A DNA stretch of 64,000 nt from Candidatus Hydrothermus pacificus (GTDB taxonomy: Bacteria > Hydrothermota > Hydrothermia > Hydrothermales > Hydrothermaceae), in assembly GCA_002011615.1 (NCBI GenBank), contig MTOH01000001.1, positions 211,327 through 275,326 on the forward strand, given 5' to 3'. The notes beneath the pieces are model-generated. The model ran no database searches. It was not told the origin of the DNA and was given only the letters and a program-made list of their open reading frames with translations. Shown here in pieces: positions 10,661-21,145 of the stretch; within the stretch, counting starts at the first letter, position 1, and the number at the start of each line of letters is the position of its first letter. Made by a program: the position numbers and the translations under genes.

Positions 10661-11652
10661 TTTTCACTCATCCTCCTTTTTAAAAGGTCTATCCTTTTTA
10701 TTTCAAAGGCGTCTTCTTCGTAAAACCTTGCGAGATAATAACTTATACAATCACCCAGTAAAATTAAATCAAAAATTCTGTCAAGGTAACTTTTGCCATC
10801 AGGCTCAACAATACTCAAACCAAGAAAACTATTTTCAAGAATACTCTTTGTTTCCTCCACTCTTATGATATTTCTGGGGTGCATATCGGGTCCTTTTATA
10901 AAAACAAGCCACCCATCTTCTAAGAAATCCTCTGGATGTCTGAGCCCCACTATTTCATTATGATTCATTTCGGGCAATTTATCTATGTGGCAGAAGGCTT
11001 TACTGTTCTCATTAATCTGAGTTTTCCATCTTAAAATACAGGGGAAATATTCATCAGATGTATACAGGAAGACAGGTCTTTTATACACCTTAGAGGCAAT
11101 CCTGAAAGCTTCTCCCTCATCTGAAAGATAATGAGTAGTTTTATCTTCTAAAAATCTGACAGTATTAATCAGGTCAGATTTATTAAATCTCAGATATTTC
11201 TCTACAAAACCAAAAATTCCTGAAAAGATCCAGCCAAGAGCACATCTCGGAGGATATCCTGATGGCAATTTTACATAAGGGAACTCTTTTTTATCGGCTT
11301 TTTCAAGAAGTTTCCCGTCAGAGGTGATTACAAAAACCTTTTCTCTATCAAGATTATCAAAACTTTCAAGAGTTTCTTCTGTATTTCCTGAATAACTCAC
11401 AAATACATATAGATATTCATCTTTTATGTATTCTTCTCCTATTCTATAATCTTTGACCACAGAGAATGGCACACTGGAAATTCTGCTCAGAATATCGCCT
11501 GCTATACCAGAACCGCCCATACCTATCAAAACTATACCTTTTACATCATTATAATTTTTTGGATTATGGATTTGCAGTTCAAGTCCTTTTTCAAGTTGAG
11601 TCGGTAATTCCCGTATAAATTCATCCATTCTGTTAAACTTGTATTTTTTCAT
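10657..11652 (-). CDS. Bifunctional phosphoglucose/phosphomannose isomerase
   Basis: GMGGSGIAG, SYSGNTEET, QINENSK, PEMNHNEIVG. Confidence 0.9.
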   Translation of the reverse strand: MKKYKFNRMDEFIRELPTQLEKGLELQIHNPKNYNDVKGIVLIGMGGSGIAGDILSRISSVPFSVVKDYRIGEEYIKDEYLYVFVSYSGNTEETLESFDNLDREKVFVITSDGKLLEKADKKEFPYVKLPSGYPPRCALGWIFSGIFGFVEKYLRFNKSDLINTVRFLEDKTTHYLSDEGEAFRIASKVYKRPVFLYTSDEYFPCILRWKTQINENSKAFCHIDKLPEMNHNEIVGLRHPEDFLEDGWLVFIKGPDMHPRNIIRVEETKSILENSFLGLSIVEPDGKSYLDRIFDLILLGDCISYYLARFYEEDAFEIKRIDLLKRRMSEK

Positions 11653-14267
11653 AAATGTTCCAGATAAGTTTTCAATCTTTCAAACTTTTCATTAAAGCCT
11701 CTGAGTCTTTTTTCATTTTCATATATAACTTCTTTTGGAGCCTTTCTTATAAAATCTTCATTTTCCAGTCTTTTCTGTATTTTAATTATATGTTTTTTCA
11801 AATCATTCATTTCTTTTTCTATTCTTGTTTTTTCTTTTTCTATATCTATAATTCCTTTAAGAGGTATGTATATTTCAATTCCTTCAACTGTTCCAAAGGC
11901 AGATTCTTCAAGAGGAGTTTCAGTAAAACCAATTTCTTCCAGAAATGAAAGTCTTTTTATTTCTGCTATTTTATCAAACACTGCATTTTTTCTATCAGAA
12001 CTTGTAATCCATCTGAGAAATAGAACAAGTTTTTTCTGAGCAGGAATTCTGTATTCTCCTCTGAGAGTTCTGATTTCTGAAATTATCTTTTTTAAAAATT
12101 CAAAACTTTCGTATTCTTTTTTGAAAGTCAAACCTTCTGGTTCTGGCCAAGTTGAAACCATTATACTTTCAGCGCCTTTTTTTAAAGGTAACTTTTGCCA
12201 TATTTCTTCTGTAATGAATGGCATAAAAGGATGAAGGAGTTTTAGAAATTTATTCATAACATAAAAAGCAACTCCCAGAGCATACACTTTTTCGTCTTTT
12301 TTCTTCAACCTGTCCTTTATGAATTCAAGATACCAGTCACAATATTCACTCCAGAAGAATCGGTATAAGAGCCATGCAGCATCCACAAACTTGAAACCAT
12401 TTAAGGATTCTGTAACATCCTTTATAAGTTTTTCCAGAATATGGAGAATCCACTTATCTTCGAGAGTGAATCTTTCACTGTCCAGAACAGCCTTACCATC
12501 GTAATTCAGCAAAAGGAGTCTTCCCGCATTCCAGAGTTTGTTGGCAAAGTTTCTGCCCATTTCCATTTTCTTCTCAGAAAAAAGGACATCCTGACCCTCA
12601 GGAGTTATAAGGCACATTGAAAATCTCACTGCATCAGCGCCATATTTTCCTATGAGTTCCAGTGGGTCCGGTGAATTGCCGAGACTCTTTGAGAGTTTTC
12701 TTCTTTTTTCATCTCTTACCATACCTGTAAGCACAATGTTTTTAAAAGGAACCTTATCTGTGAATTCAATACCTGCCATTATCATTCTCGCCACCCAGAA
12801 AAAGAGTATATCCCATCCTGTTATAAGGGTAGTTGTTGGGTAGAACTTTTTCATATCAGAAGTATCTTTTGGCCATCCCATTGTTGAAAAGGGCCAGAGC
12901 CAAGAAGAAAACCATGTATCAAGAACATCTTCATCCTGTTTTAACCTGCTTGCCTTACACTTTGGACACTGTTTGGGTTTCTCTTTTCTTATTATTATAT
13001 TCCCGCATTTCTCACACTCATAAACAGGAATCCTGTGCCCCCACCATATCTGTCTTGAAATACACCAGTCTCTAACATTTTCAAGCCAGTAATAATAAGT
13101 TTTTTCCCAGTTCTGAGGGAAAAATACAATCTCCTTTTTTCTTGCAGCATCAATTGCCTTTTCAGCAAGGGGTTTCATTCTAACAAACCACTGTTCTGAA
13201 AGATAGGGTTCTATAACCGTGTGGCACCTGTAACACTCTCCAAGAGTATGTTTGTGCTCTTCAATTTTTGATAGAAGTCCTTTCTTCTCAAGCTCTTCAA
13301 TTATCCTTTTTCTTGCAGTAAATCTATCAAGTCCTTTAAAAGGTCCTGCATTGTCATTCATTTTCCCGAATTTATCCATTATCACAATCTTTTCAAGTCC
13401 GTGTCTCTCAGCAATTTCAAAGTCCACAGGGTCATGAGCAGGTGTAACCTTTACACAGCCTGTGCCAAATTCAAGGTCAACCGCTCCATCTTCTATAATA
13501 GGTATTTCTCTGTTTACAAAAGGTAAAACCGCTGTTTTTCCCGCAAGTTCTTTCCTCCTCCCATCATCAGGATGTATTGCAACTGCAGTATCACCGAGAA
13601 TAGTTTCAGGTCTTGTAGTCGCAACCTCTATATGCCCACCTTCTTTAAGAGGATACTTCACATAATAGAGCTTTCCTTCTATCTCTTTTCTCTCAACCTC
13701 ATCATCAGCAAGAGCAGTGGTGCATCTTGGACACCAGTTTATTATATAAAGCCCTCTGTAAATCATACCTTTCTCATATAATCTCACAAATGCCTCAAGA
13801 ACAGCATTGGAAAGAGGAGGGTCCATTGTAAATTTTGTTCTTGACCAATCACAGGAAACACCGAGTTTCTTCAACTGGGTAAGTATCACTTCACCATACT
13901 CTTTTTTCCATTCCCATATCTTCTCTATAAATTTTTCTCTGCCTATCTCAAATCGGGTCTTACCCTCAGCCGCCAGTTTTCTTTCCACCACATTCTGAGT
14001 CGCTATCCCCGCATGGTCTATACCGGGTAGCCAGAGTGCTTCATACCCTTCCATCCTCTTCATTCTTATAACAATATCCTGAAATGTATTGTTCAAAACA
14101 TGTCCCATTGTGAGCATACCTGTTATATTGGGTGGAGGCATGACTATAACATAGGCGGGTTTTTTACTCCTTGTATGCGCCTTGAAAAAACCTTTTTCCA
14201 GCCAGAACTCGTACCATTTTTTCTCTATTTCTTCAGGGCTGTATCTGGTTTCCATACATTCTTTCAT
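11649..14267 (-). CDS. valS: Valine--tRNA ligase
   Basis: PPPNITGMLTMGH (HIGH-like), DWCISRQIWWGH, KLSKS, C-terminal coiled coil. Confidence 0.97.
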   Translation of the reverse strand: MKECMETRYSPEEIEKKWYEFWLEKGFFKAHTRSKKPAYVIVMPPPNITGMLTMGHVLNNTFQDIVIRMKRMEGYEALWLPGIDHAGIATQNVVERKLAAEGKTRFEIGREKFIEKIWEWKKEYGEVILTQLKKLGVSCDWSRTKFTMDPPLSNAVLEAFVRLYEKGMIYRGLYIINWCPRCTTALADDEVERKEIEGKLYYVKYPLKEGGHIEVATTRPETILGDTAVAIHPDDGRRKELAGKTAVLPFVNREIPIIEDGAVDLEFGTGCVKVTPAHDPVDFEIAERHGLEKIVIMDKFGKMNDNAGPFKGLDRFTARKRIIEELEKKGLLSKIEEHKHTLGECYRCHTVIEPYLSEQWFVRMKPLAEKAIDAARKKEIVFFPQNWEKTYYYWLENVRDWCISRQIWWGHRIPVYECEKCGNIIIRKEKPKQCPKCKASRLKQDEDVLDTWFSSWLWPFSTMGWPKDTSDMKKFYPTTTLITGWDILFFWVARMIMAGIEFTDKVPFKNIVLTGMVRDEKRRKLSKSLGNSPDPLELIGKYGADAVRFSMCLITPEGQDVLFSEKKMEMGRNFANKLWNAGRLLLLNYDGKAVLDSERFTLEDKWILHILEKLIKDVTESLNGFKFVDAAWLLYRFFWSEYCDWYLEFIKDRLKKKDEKVYALGVAFYVMNKFLKLLHPFMPFITEEIWQKLPLKKGAESIMVSTWPEPEGLTFKKEYESFEFLKKIISEIRTLRGEYRIPAQKKLVLFLRWITSSDRKNAVFDKIAEIKRLSFLEEIGFTETPLEESAFGTVEGIEIYIPLKGIIDIEKEKTRIEKEMNDLKKHIIKIQKRLENEDFIRKAPKEVIYENEKRLRGFNEKFERLKTYLEHL

Positions 14268-14290
14268 AAGACCATTAATTATAAAGGAAT

Positions 14291-15442
14291 TTAATCAAGT
14301 AATTCTTTAAAATCAGAAACAGCATCAAGCTTTTCCCATGAAAATCCTTCTTCTTCCCTGCCAAAGTGACCATAACACGCGGTCTTTCTGAAAATAGGTT
14401 GAAGCAACTCCAGATATTCTATTATTCCTCTTGGAGAAAGGTCAAATCTTCTCTTTATGAATTCAATGACCTTTTTTTCAGGTACTTTACCTGTCCCAAA
14501 GGTGTCTACAAATATTGCAACAGGTTGATTAACTCCTATAGCGTAGGCAAGCTGTATTTCACATTTTTTTGCAACACCTGCAGCCACCATGTTTTTCGCG
14601 AGATATCTCGCCATATAAGCTGCTGACCTGTCAACCTTTGTAGGGTCCTTTCCAGAAAAACAACCTCCTCCATGTCTTGAGTATCCCCCATAAGTATCAA
14701 CCATTATCTTTCTACCGGTCAAACCTGTATCTGCCTGGGGTCCACCTATAACAAACCTTCCTGTAGGATTTATAAAATACTTTGTTTCCTCATCAGCTTT
14801 GATTTTTTCCTTTTTCAAAATATACTCTATAACATGCTTATACACGTCGTCTCTCAATTCCTCTATGTTTATGTCAGGGTCATGCTGAACTGAAAGGACA
14901 ACTGCTTCCACCCTATAAGGTTTCCCACTCCTGTACTCTATAGTAACCTGAGATTTACCGTCGGGTCTCAGATAATTCAGGATTCTATTCTTTCTTATCT
15001 CTGAGAGTCTTCTGACAAATTTATGAGCGAGCATAATTGGAAGAGGCATAAACTCCGGGGTCTCATCTATAGCAAACCCGAACATCATCCCTTGGTCTCC
15101 TGCCCCTCCTGTATCAACTCCCATGGCTATATCTCCTGCCTGTTCCTGAATGGATGTCAGAACAGCAACAGACTCATAATCCATACCATATACAGGATTT
15201 GTATATCCCGCTTTTTTAACCACATCTCTAACCACATCAGGAATCTCAACATAACATTCTGTTGTTATTTCTCCTGCCACTATAAGCATCCCCCTTGTGG
15301 TAAGAGCTTCAATAGCAACCCTTGCCTGCTTATCTCTGCCTATTATCTCATCAAGAATAGCATCGGATACCTGGTCACAGATTTTATCAGGATGTCCTTC
15401 TGTAACAGACTCGGATGTAAATATAAAATCTTTTTTCTTCAT
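14291..15442 (-). CDS. metK: S-adenosylmethionine synthase
   Basis: [25 protein letters not shown]. Confidence 0.97.
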   Translation of the reverse strand: MKKKDFIFTSESVTEGHPDKICDQVSDAILDEIIGRDKQARVAIEALTTRGMLIVAGEITTECYVEIPDVVRDVVKKAGYTNPVYGMDYESVAVLTSIQEQAGDIAMGVDTGGAGDQGMMFGFAIDETPEFMPLPIMLAHKFVRRLSEIRKNRILNYLRPDGKSQVTIEYRSGKPYRVEAVVLSVQHDPDINIEELRDDVYKHVIEYILKKEKIKADEETKYFINPTGRFVIGGPQADTGLTGRKIMVDTYGGYSRHGGGCFSGKDPTKVDRSAAYMARYLAKNMVAAGVAKKCEIQLAYAIGVNQPVAIFVDTFGTGKVPEKKVIEFIKRRFDLSPRGIIEYLELLQPIFRKTACYGHFGREEEGFSWEKLDAVSDFKELLD

Positions 15443-16038
15443 TTTACTCTTCCTCCTTTAATTAAATTTTCAACAATTTTTGCAAGCACATCAAATTCTA
15501 TATTCACAAGGTCACCCTTTTTTTTCAAAGAAATTGTTGTATTCCTGTAAGTATAAGGCACTATTGTGAAAAATCCAATATTGTTGTTTCTCTCCTGAAG
15601 GGTAAAGGATATACCATCTATTGCAATTGAAGCTTTTGGGTAAAGATATTTTTCAAATTTCTTATCAAATTCCACTTCAAGCTTTACCTCTCCTTTAGCC
15701 TTTTTTATACCCTTTATTCTACCCACACTATCCACATGACCTGTCACAAAATGCCCGCCCATTTTATCAGAAGGTTTTAAAGAGAGTTCTAAATTCACAG
15801 GATAGTTTTTTTTACTAACTTTATTAAATTTAGTATTTTCAAGAGTTTCTTTTGAAAGAAAAACTTCAAATTTTCTACCTCTCACTCGTTCAACGGTTAT
15901 ACAGGCTCCATCAATTGCTATACTATCACCTTCTTCTAATTCAATTTCTTTATCCATGTAGATTACGAGTCGTTTACCTGACCCTTCTCTTTTTATTTCC
16001 ATTATCCTGCCTTTTGCAGCTATTATACCTGTAAACAT
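15439..16038 (-). CDS. ribE: Riboflavin synthase (alpha chain)
   Basis: MFTGII N-terminus, [22 protein letters not shown]. Confidence 0.95.
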   Translation of the reverse strand: MFTGIIAAKGRIMEIKREGSGKRLVIYMDKEIELEEGDSIAIDGACITVERVRGRKFEVFLSKETLENTKFNKVSKKNYPVNLELSLKPSDKMGGHFVTGHVDSVGRIKGIKKAKGEVKLEVEFDKKFEKYLYPKASIAIDGISFTLQERNNNIGFFTIVPYTYRNTTISLKKKGDLVNIEFDVLAKIVENLIKGGRVK

Positions 16039-16039
16039 T

Positions 16040-17026
16040 TTAACCTTTCCAGAGTTTCATTTTTTCTCTGACATCTTCCAGAGTATTTCTGGCAACCTCC
16101 CCTGCCCTTTTATTCCCATTTTTTATAATGTTTATAATCCCATCTATATCCTCTTTCAGCTCTATTTTTTTCTCTCTGAAAGGAGCAAGAAAATCTACCA
16201 TCTTATTTATGCAATTCTTTTTACACTCAACACAGCCAAGTTTCCCTGATTCACATCCCTCTCTTATATCCGGGACCTCTTTTTTATTCACAAGGTTATG
16301 ATAGGCAAACACAACACAACCATCAGGATGGCCAAGGTCACCGAGTTTTATTTTTAATGGGTCAGTATAAGCACTCATTATCTTTTCTTTAATTTTTTCT
16401 GGTTCATCATCAACAAATATCGCATTGTTTAAAGACTTACTCATTTTGGCTTTACCATCAATTCCCGGAACTTTTGGAGTGGGGGTTAAAACAGGCTCAG
16501 GAATTGGGAATGTCTCGCCATAAAGATAATTAAATCTTCTGGCAATCTCCCTTGTTATCTCTATATGAGGAAGCTGGTCCTCGCCCACAGGAACAAGGTC
16601 TGCTTTATAAACAAGTATGTCAGAGGCCTGGAGAACTGGATAACCGAGATGACCATAGGAAATATTTTCTTCAAGTTCTAACTCCTTAATTTGCTCTTTC
16701 AGGGTTGGATTTCTCTCCAGCCTTGCAACGGAAACAATCATTCCGAAAAGGAGAGCAAGTTCTGCATGTTCTTTTACCTGACTCTGAACAAATATACAGG
16801 ATTTTTCAGGGTCTATTCCTGCAGAAATCCAGTCACAAACCGCTTCAATTATATATTCTCTGAGGTCCTGGGTATTCTTATAATCAGTTGTAAGAACATG
16901 CCAGTCAGCGATCTCATAAAAGCATTCATACTCTTTTTGAAGCTTTACCCAGTTGGACAAAGCTCCGAAATAGTTACCTATATGTACCCTACCCGTGGGT
17001 CTTAAACCTGATAAAATTCTCTTCAT
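16040..17026 (-). CDS. trpS: Tryptophan--tRNA ligase
   Basis: RPTGRVHIGN, YPVLQASDIL, VPVGEDQ, KMSKS. Confidence 0.97.
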   Translation of the reverse strand: MKRILSGLRPTGRVHIGNYFGALSNWVKLQKEYECFYEIADWHVLTTDYKNTQDLREYIIEAVCDWISAGIDPEKSCIFVQSQVKEHAELALLFGMIVSVARLERNPTLKEQIKELELEENISYGHLGYPVLQASDILVYKADLVPVGEDQLPHIEITREIARRFNYLYGETFPIPEPVLTPTPKVPGIDGKAKMSKSLNNAIFVDDEPEKIKEKIMSAYTDPLKIKLGDLGHPDGCVVFAYHNLVNKKEVPDIREGCESGKLGCVECKKNCINKMVDFLAPFREKKIELKEDIDGIINIIKNGNKRAGEVARNTLEDVREKMKLWKG

Positions 17027-17610
17027 ATTTCAAAATTTATTCCCATTCCAAAAGCAGTGTTAAAACTTGAAAGAAATATTTCTGTTAAAAGCCCTGTTTT
17101 TCTTGTAAATTTAAATAAAAAACCCATCTTTATTTCAAGGGAAGGATAAACATCTGTGACCCTATCGCCCTGTCTTTCCTTTGATTCAAAACCCATCCCG
17201 AGTCCACCACCCACATAAGGAACAATGTAAAGTCTGTTCTCAAGGGGTATTGGAAAATCAAAAAGCACATCGGTAAGCAAAGAAAAATGAAAAAGGTCCT
17301 CCTCAAAATATATTCCTGAATGAGGAATTATTGCCACATTAAAGGGATACTCAGAAGTTTTTTTAAAAACATGAAACTTAAAGTTGCCATCTACCCCAAT
17401 ACCAACCTTTGTGTTTCCATCACCCTTGAATAAAAAGGCAGGTTTTATTCCTGCATCAAAACTATGACCCAACCTTGTTTTAAAAGAACCTGCAAAACCA
17501 AATCTATTACCCACAATGAAATAGGCTCCAAAATTCGCACGGGGAGTAAGCCGGCATGTTTCAAAGCCGGGCAATACCTGATTTAAAACTAACATCAATA
17601 TTACTTTCAT
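17023..17610 (-). CDS. Putative outer-membrane beta-barrel protein
   Basis: Short signal-like N-terminus, alternating aromatic/Gly strands, PYVGGGLG; SD AGGAGG. Confidence 0.5.
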   Translation of the reverse strand: MKVILMLVLNQVLPGFETCRLTPRANFGAYFIVGNRFGFAGSFKTRLGHSFDAGIKPAFLFKGDGNTKVGIGVDGNFKFHVFKKTSEYPFNVAIIPHSGIYFEEDLFHFSLLTDVLFDFPIPLENRLYIVPYVGGGLGMGFESKERQGDRVTDVYPSLEIKMGFLFKFTRKTGLLTEIFLSSFNTAFGMGINFEI

Positions 17611-17711
17611 ATCACCTCCTTTTTATGAAGTTTATATTAAAGAAAATAAACATTAATTTTCAATTTTTAAATGATTTGAAAAAAACTCTTTATTTCTAAT
17701 ATAATCTTAAA

Positions 17712-18527
17712 ATGTTTAAATTTCTTTTAAGCGGATTTATAGCTTTCCTGTGCGAGTATTTTGATTCTTCCATAGGAATGGGTTATGGAACAACATTAAC
17801 CCCTATATTGGTTGCACTGGGCTTTTCTCCCATTCAGGTTGTTCCAGGGGTTCTATTATCTCAATTTGTAGCAGGATTCACTCTTGCTCTTCTTCATCAT
17901 AGAGCTGGACATGTCAGGTTTGATTTTAGCAGGGATGAAGAGGCCGTCAAAAGACGTCTTTCCGGGTGGGGATATATACCAAAGTCCCGTGATGCAAAGG
18001 TTGCCTATGTTTTATCAGGATTCGGTATTATGGGGGCACTTCTTGCAGTCTTTTCTGCAATAAGTTTGCCTTCAACTGTTGTAAAAATTTATATAGGTTT
18101 AATGGTCTTTTCAATAGGAATTTTTCTGCTTATAAGAAAAGGAAAAGGGTTCTCATTTTCGTGGGGCAAATTCACATTTATTGCAATCCTGAGCGCTTTT
18201 AACAAAGGAATAAGTGGTGGTGGTTATGGACCGGTGGTTATAGGAGGACAAGTTCTCACAGGAAGAGAAACAAAAAGTGCAATAGGGATAACAGCTCTTG
18301 CAGAAAGCATAGTCGCCATGGTTGCCTTCTTAGGCTATCTTATACTCAAACCCCATGAAATAGACCTCAGATTAGCCCTATTCCTACTGGCAGGAGCTAT
18401 TCTCTCAACACCATTTTCAGTTTTTACAGTTAAAAAGTTTGATAGTAAAAAATTAAAATATATAATATCAATCGCACTCTGTATTCTTGGAATTATAACC
18501 ATTTTAAGAGGAACAATATGGAGATAA
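17712..18527 (+). CDS. Sulfite exporter TauE/SafE family protein
   Basis: DSSIGMGYG, GISGGGYGP; multi-TM; leaderless-type promoter 17676-17705. Confidence 0.85.
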   Translation: MFKFLLSGFIAFLCEYFDSSIGMGYGTTLTPILVALGFSPIQVVPGVLLSQFVAGFTLALLHHRAGHVRFDFSRDEEAVKRRLSGWGYIPKSRDAKVAYVLSGFGIMGALLAVFSAISLPSTVVKIYIGLMVFSIGIFLLIRKGKGFSFSWGKFTFIAILSAFNKGISGGGYGPVVIGGQVLTGRETKSAIGITALAESIVAMVAFLGYLILKPHEIDLRLALFLLAGAILSTPFSVFTVKKFDSKKLKYIISIALCILGIITILRGTIWR

Positions 18528-19156
18528 AAATTAGATGGTTCGGTCACGCCTGCTTCAGAGTAAAGGGGAGTAAAAGAATTATAATGGACCCTTACAGATA
18601 TCTTGCATTCAACGGTAAAATAGCCTATCCTAAAATAGATGAATCAGCTGATATCGTTACAATAAGTCATGACCATGATGACCACAATGCCTATGACGAG
18701 GTCAAAGGAAATCCAGTTGTAATAAAAGAGGAAGGGAGTCACACCATAGACAATATTCGAATAGAAGGCTTTACAACCTTTCATGATTCAAAAAAAGGGA
18801 AACAGAGAGGAAAAAATTTAATCTTTAAAATAGAGATGGACAGAATGGTATTTTTACATCTTGGAGACCTTGGAGGAATTCCTGAAAATGATATAATTGA
18901 AAAAATCAGGAATCCTGATTTTTTATTTATTCCTGTTGGCGGGAAATTTACCATAGGGCCTTCTGAGGCAAAGAAAATTATAAACCTCATTGAACCCTTT
19001 GTAACAGTCCCCATGCACTATAGAACCTGCAGTGTCGCCTTTGAACTGTTTGACATCCATAAATTCCTTGAAGGTGAGAAAAATATAAAGTATGTGGGAA
19101 GAGAAGTAAAGGTCAGGAAAACACCAAAAAGGAAAGAAATCTGGGTTTTTGAGTAA
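18518..19156 (+). CDS. MBL-fold metallo-hydrolase
   Basis: WFGHACF, SHDHDDH, HLGD, PMHY. Confidence 0.9.
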   Translation: MEIKIRWFGHACFRVKGSKRIIMDPYRYLAFNGKIAYPKIDESADIVTISHDHDDHNAYDEVKGNPVVIKEEGSHTIDNIRIEGFTTFHDSKKGKQRGKNLIFKIEMDRMVFLHLGDLGGIPENDIIEKIRNPDFLFIPVGGKFTIGPSEAKKIINLIEPFVTVPMHYRTCSVAFELFDIHKFLEGEKNIKYVGREVKVRKTPKRKEIWVFE

Positions 19157-19198
19157 TATCTTTGAAAAATTTAAAACTTATATTTTAAAATTAAAACT

Positions 19199-19864
19199 AT
19201 GAAATTTTTAACAGTTTATTTTATTTTTGTCCTTCAGAACTATGATTTTGAAGAGTGGCAGAACGGAAGCCCTTTATACTGGGATATGGAACATCCCCAG
19301 GCAATACCTGTTTTCAAAGAATCTCTGAATGTATATTCGGGAAATCTTTCAGTAAAGGTGGTAAAACAAAGTGCTACCACCTCTTATAGAACAGCACTGT
19401 CCCAGGAAATAAACCCGATAGCAGGTGGACTTGAATATTCTTTTGGAGTTTATGTTTTTGACAACGATACAAATGTATATGCCCGTGTTGTAATAACATG
19501 GTATAAAGACTCAAGCTATTTAACCTACAGTATGACATCTCGCTCAGAAGACCTAAATTACTGGCAAACTTTGTCTGCGATAAGACAGGCTCCTGATACT
19601 GCAAACAGGGCAATTTTTAAAATAAATATCTATCCTGAAGGAGCAAACGCCACAGGACAAATAACTTATGACCTTACATATTTTAACTGCTGTGGTATCA
19701 AGGAACATTTCAGGCTTGCAAGAGAAAGACAAAAAAGGCAGGGAATCCTGTTGAAAAATTCTTCAAATCAGGAAATCCTTTTTGATATTTTTGGAAGAAA
19801 GAGAAAAGAATTCAAGAATGGAATTTATTTCAAAAATAAAAGAAAAATAATTTTAATAAGATGA
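19199..19864 (+). CDS. Secreted carbohydrate-binding-like domain protein with short T9SS-like tail
   Basis: Signal peptide, NYDFEEW N-terminus, C-terminus FDIFGRK...GIYF. Confidence 0.5.
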   Translation: MKFLTVYFIFVLQNYDFEEWQNGSPLYWDMEHPQAIPVFKESLNVYSGNLSVKVVKQSATTSYRTALSQEINPIAGGLEYSFGVYVFDNDTNVYARVVITWYKDSSYLTYSMTSRSEDLNYWQTLSAIRQAPDTANRAIFKINIYPEGANATGQITYDLTYFNCCGIKEHFRLARERQKRQGILLKNSSNQEILFDIFGRKRKEFKNGIYFKNKRKIILIR

Positions 19865-20388
19865 ATTTCATAAAGTCATTTATTGTAACTTTTAAAAATT
19901 TGATCTCAAAAAAATTTACAGTTCAGTATCCGGAACAGAAAATTCAAAAACCTTACAGGGCAAGGTGGATGCATATTCTGCAAAGATATGAGAATGGACT
20001 TGAAAGATGTATTGCGTGCATGCTCTGTGCAGGGTCCTGTCCAACCGATGCCATATATATAGAAGGAGATGAAAACCCTCCTGACAATCCCTTTTCTCCG
20101 GGAGAAAGATACCCGAAAATATTTGATATAGATTATGGAAGATGCATACTCTGTGGATACTGTATAGAAGCCTGCCCCACAGAAGCCCTTGCTATGACAG
20201 AGTTATCTGATTTTGCCTTTTATTCAAGAGAAAATATGGTATTCAGAAAAGAAGACCTTCTTGTTCCTGAAAAAGAAATCTCAAGAGCTGTATGGATGGG
20301 ATATTATAGAAAGGGTGATATTAAAGGTGGTGCCAGGATATCTTTTAAACCTTACGGCTATCCTGTATACAGGAGAAAAGAAAAATGA
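19861..20388 (+). CDS. nuoI: NADH-quinone oxidoreductase subunit I
   Basis: TVQYPE, two CxxCxxCxxxCP 4Fe-4S motifs. Confidence 0.93.
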   Translation: MNFIKSFIVTFKNLISKKFTVQYPEQKIQKPYRARWMHILQRYENGLERCIACMLCAGSCPTDAIYIEGDENPPDNPFSPGERYPKIFDIDYGRCILCGYCIEACPTEALAMTELSDFAFYSRENMVFRKEDLLVPEKEISRAVWMGYYRKGDIKGGARISFKPYGYPVYRRKEK

Positions 20389-20852
20389 ATCTGTTTTTAT
20401 TCATTACAACACTATTGATTGTTTTACTCTCCTACTATATCATTTTTTCACAGAATATAACATATTCAATTCTTTCTCTTTTGCTTATATTTCTTGGAAT
20501 CGGCATACTTTACATGGGACTGGGTTCTGTATTCCTGTTTATAGTTCAGTGGCTTGTCTATGCAGGAGGAATTGTCGTTCTTATGCTTTTTACAATATAT
20601 ACACTGGGGCTGAAAAAAACAGATGTGGTCAAATTAAAGGAAGTTTTTGTTGCTTTCTTTTTTGTATTTTTAAATCTTTTTTTTATATGGAATATATTTA
20701 AAAACTACCCTTTTTTAAAAAAGATAACTGCCTTTAAAATGGATTTTATATTTGATACCCTTTTAAAAGATTACATACTTGCTTTTGAACTTATATCCCT
20801 GATTTTACTGACAGGAATAGTAGGAGCATTTCTGATTGTGAGGGAAAAATGA
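20385..20852 (+). CDS. nuoJ: NADH-quinone oxidoreductase subunit J
   Basis: VQWLVYAGGIVVL, FELISLILL; follows nuoI. Confidence 0.9.
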   Translation: MNLFLFITTLLIVLLSYYIIFSQNITYSILSLLLIFLGIGILYMGLGSVFLFIVQWLVYAGGIVVLMLFTIYTLGLKKTDVVKLKEVFVAFFFVFLNLFFIWNIFKNYPFLKKITAFKMDFIFDTLLKDYILAFELISLILLTGIVGAFLIVREK

Positions 20853-21145
20853 TGGGCTTTTACTACTTTTGCGGTATTTTACTTTTCATAAACGGCATCC
20901 TTATAATGGTCTTGAGAAAAGGTTTTATATACATATTAATAGGGATAGAACTTTCTTTAAATGCTCTTTCCTTTCTTTTCTTTCTTGCATCAAGAAGTCT
21001 TGGAAATCCTCACGGAGAAATATTTGCAATACTTTTATTTGGAATAGCGGCTGCCGGGATTGCCATAGGTCTTGCAATACTGATAAATCTTGTAAAAGCA
21101 AAAGGAACACAGGATATAGAAGAATTTAAGGATACTGGTGGATAA
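20849..21145 (+). CDS. nuoK: NADH-quinone oxidoreductase subunit K
   Basis: GIEL in TM2, IAAAGIAIGLAIL; 98 aa; position in operon. Confidence 0.85.
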   Translation: MMGFYYFCGILLFINGILIMVLRKGFIYILIGIELSLNALSFLFFLASRSLGNPHGEIFAILLFGIAAAGIAIGLAILINLVKAKGTQDIEEFKDTGG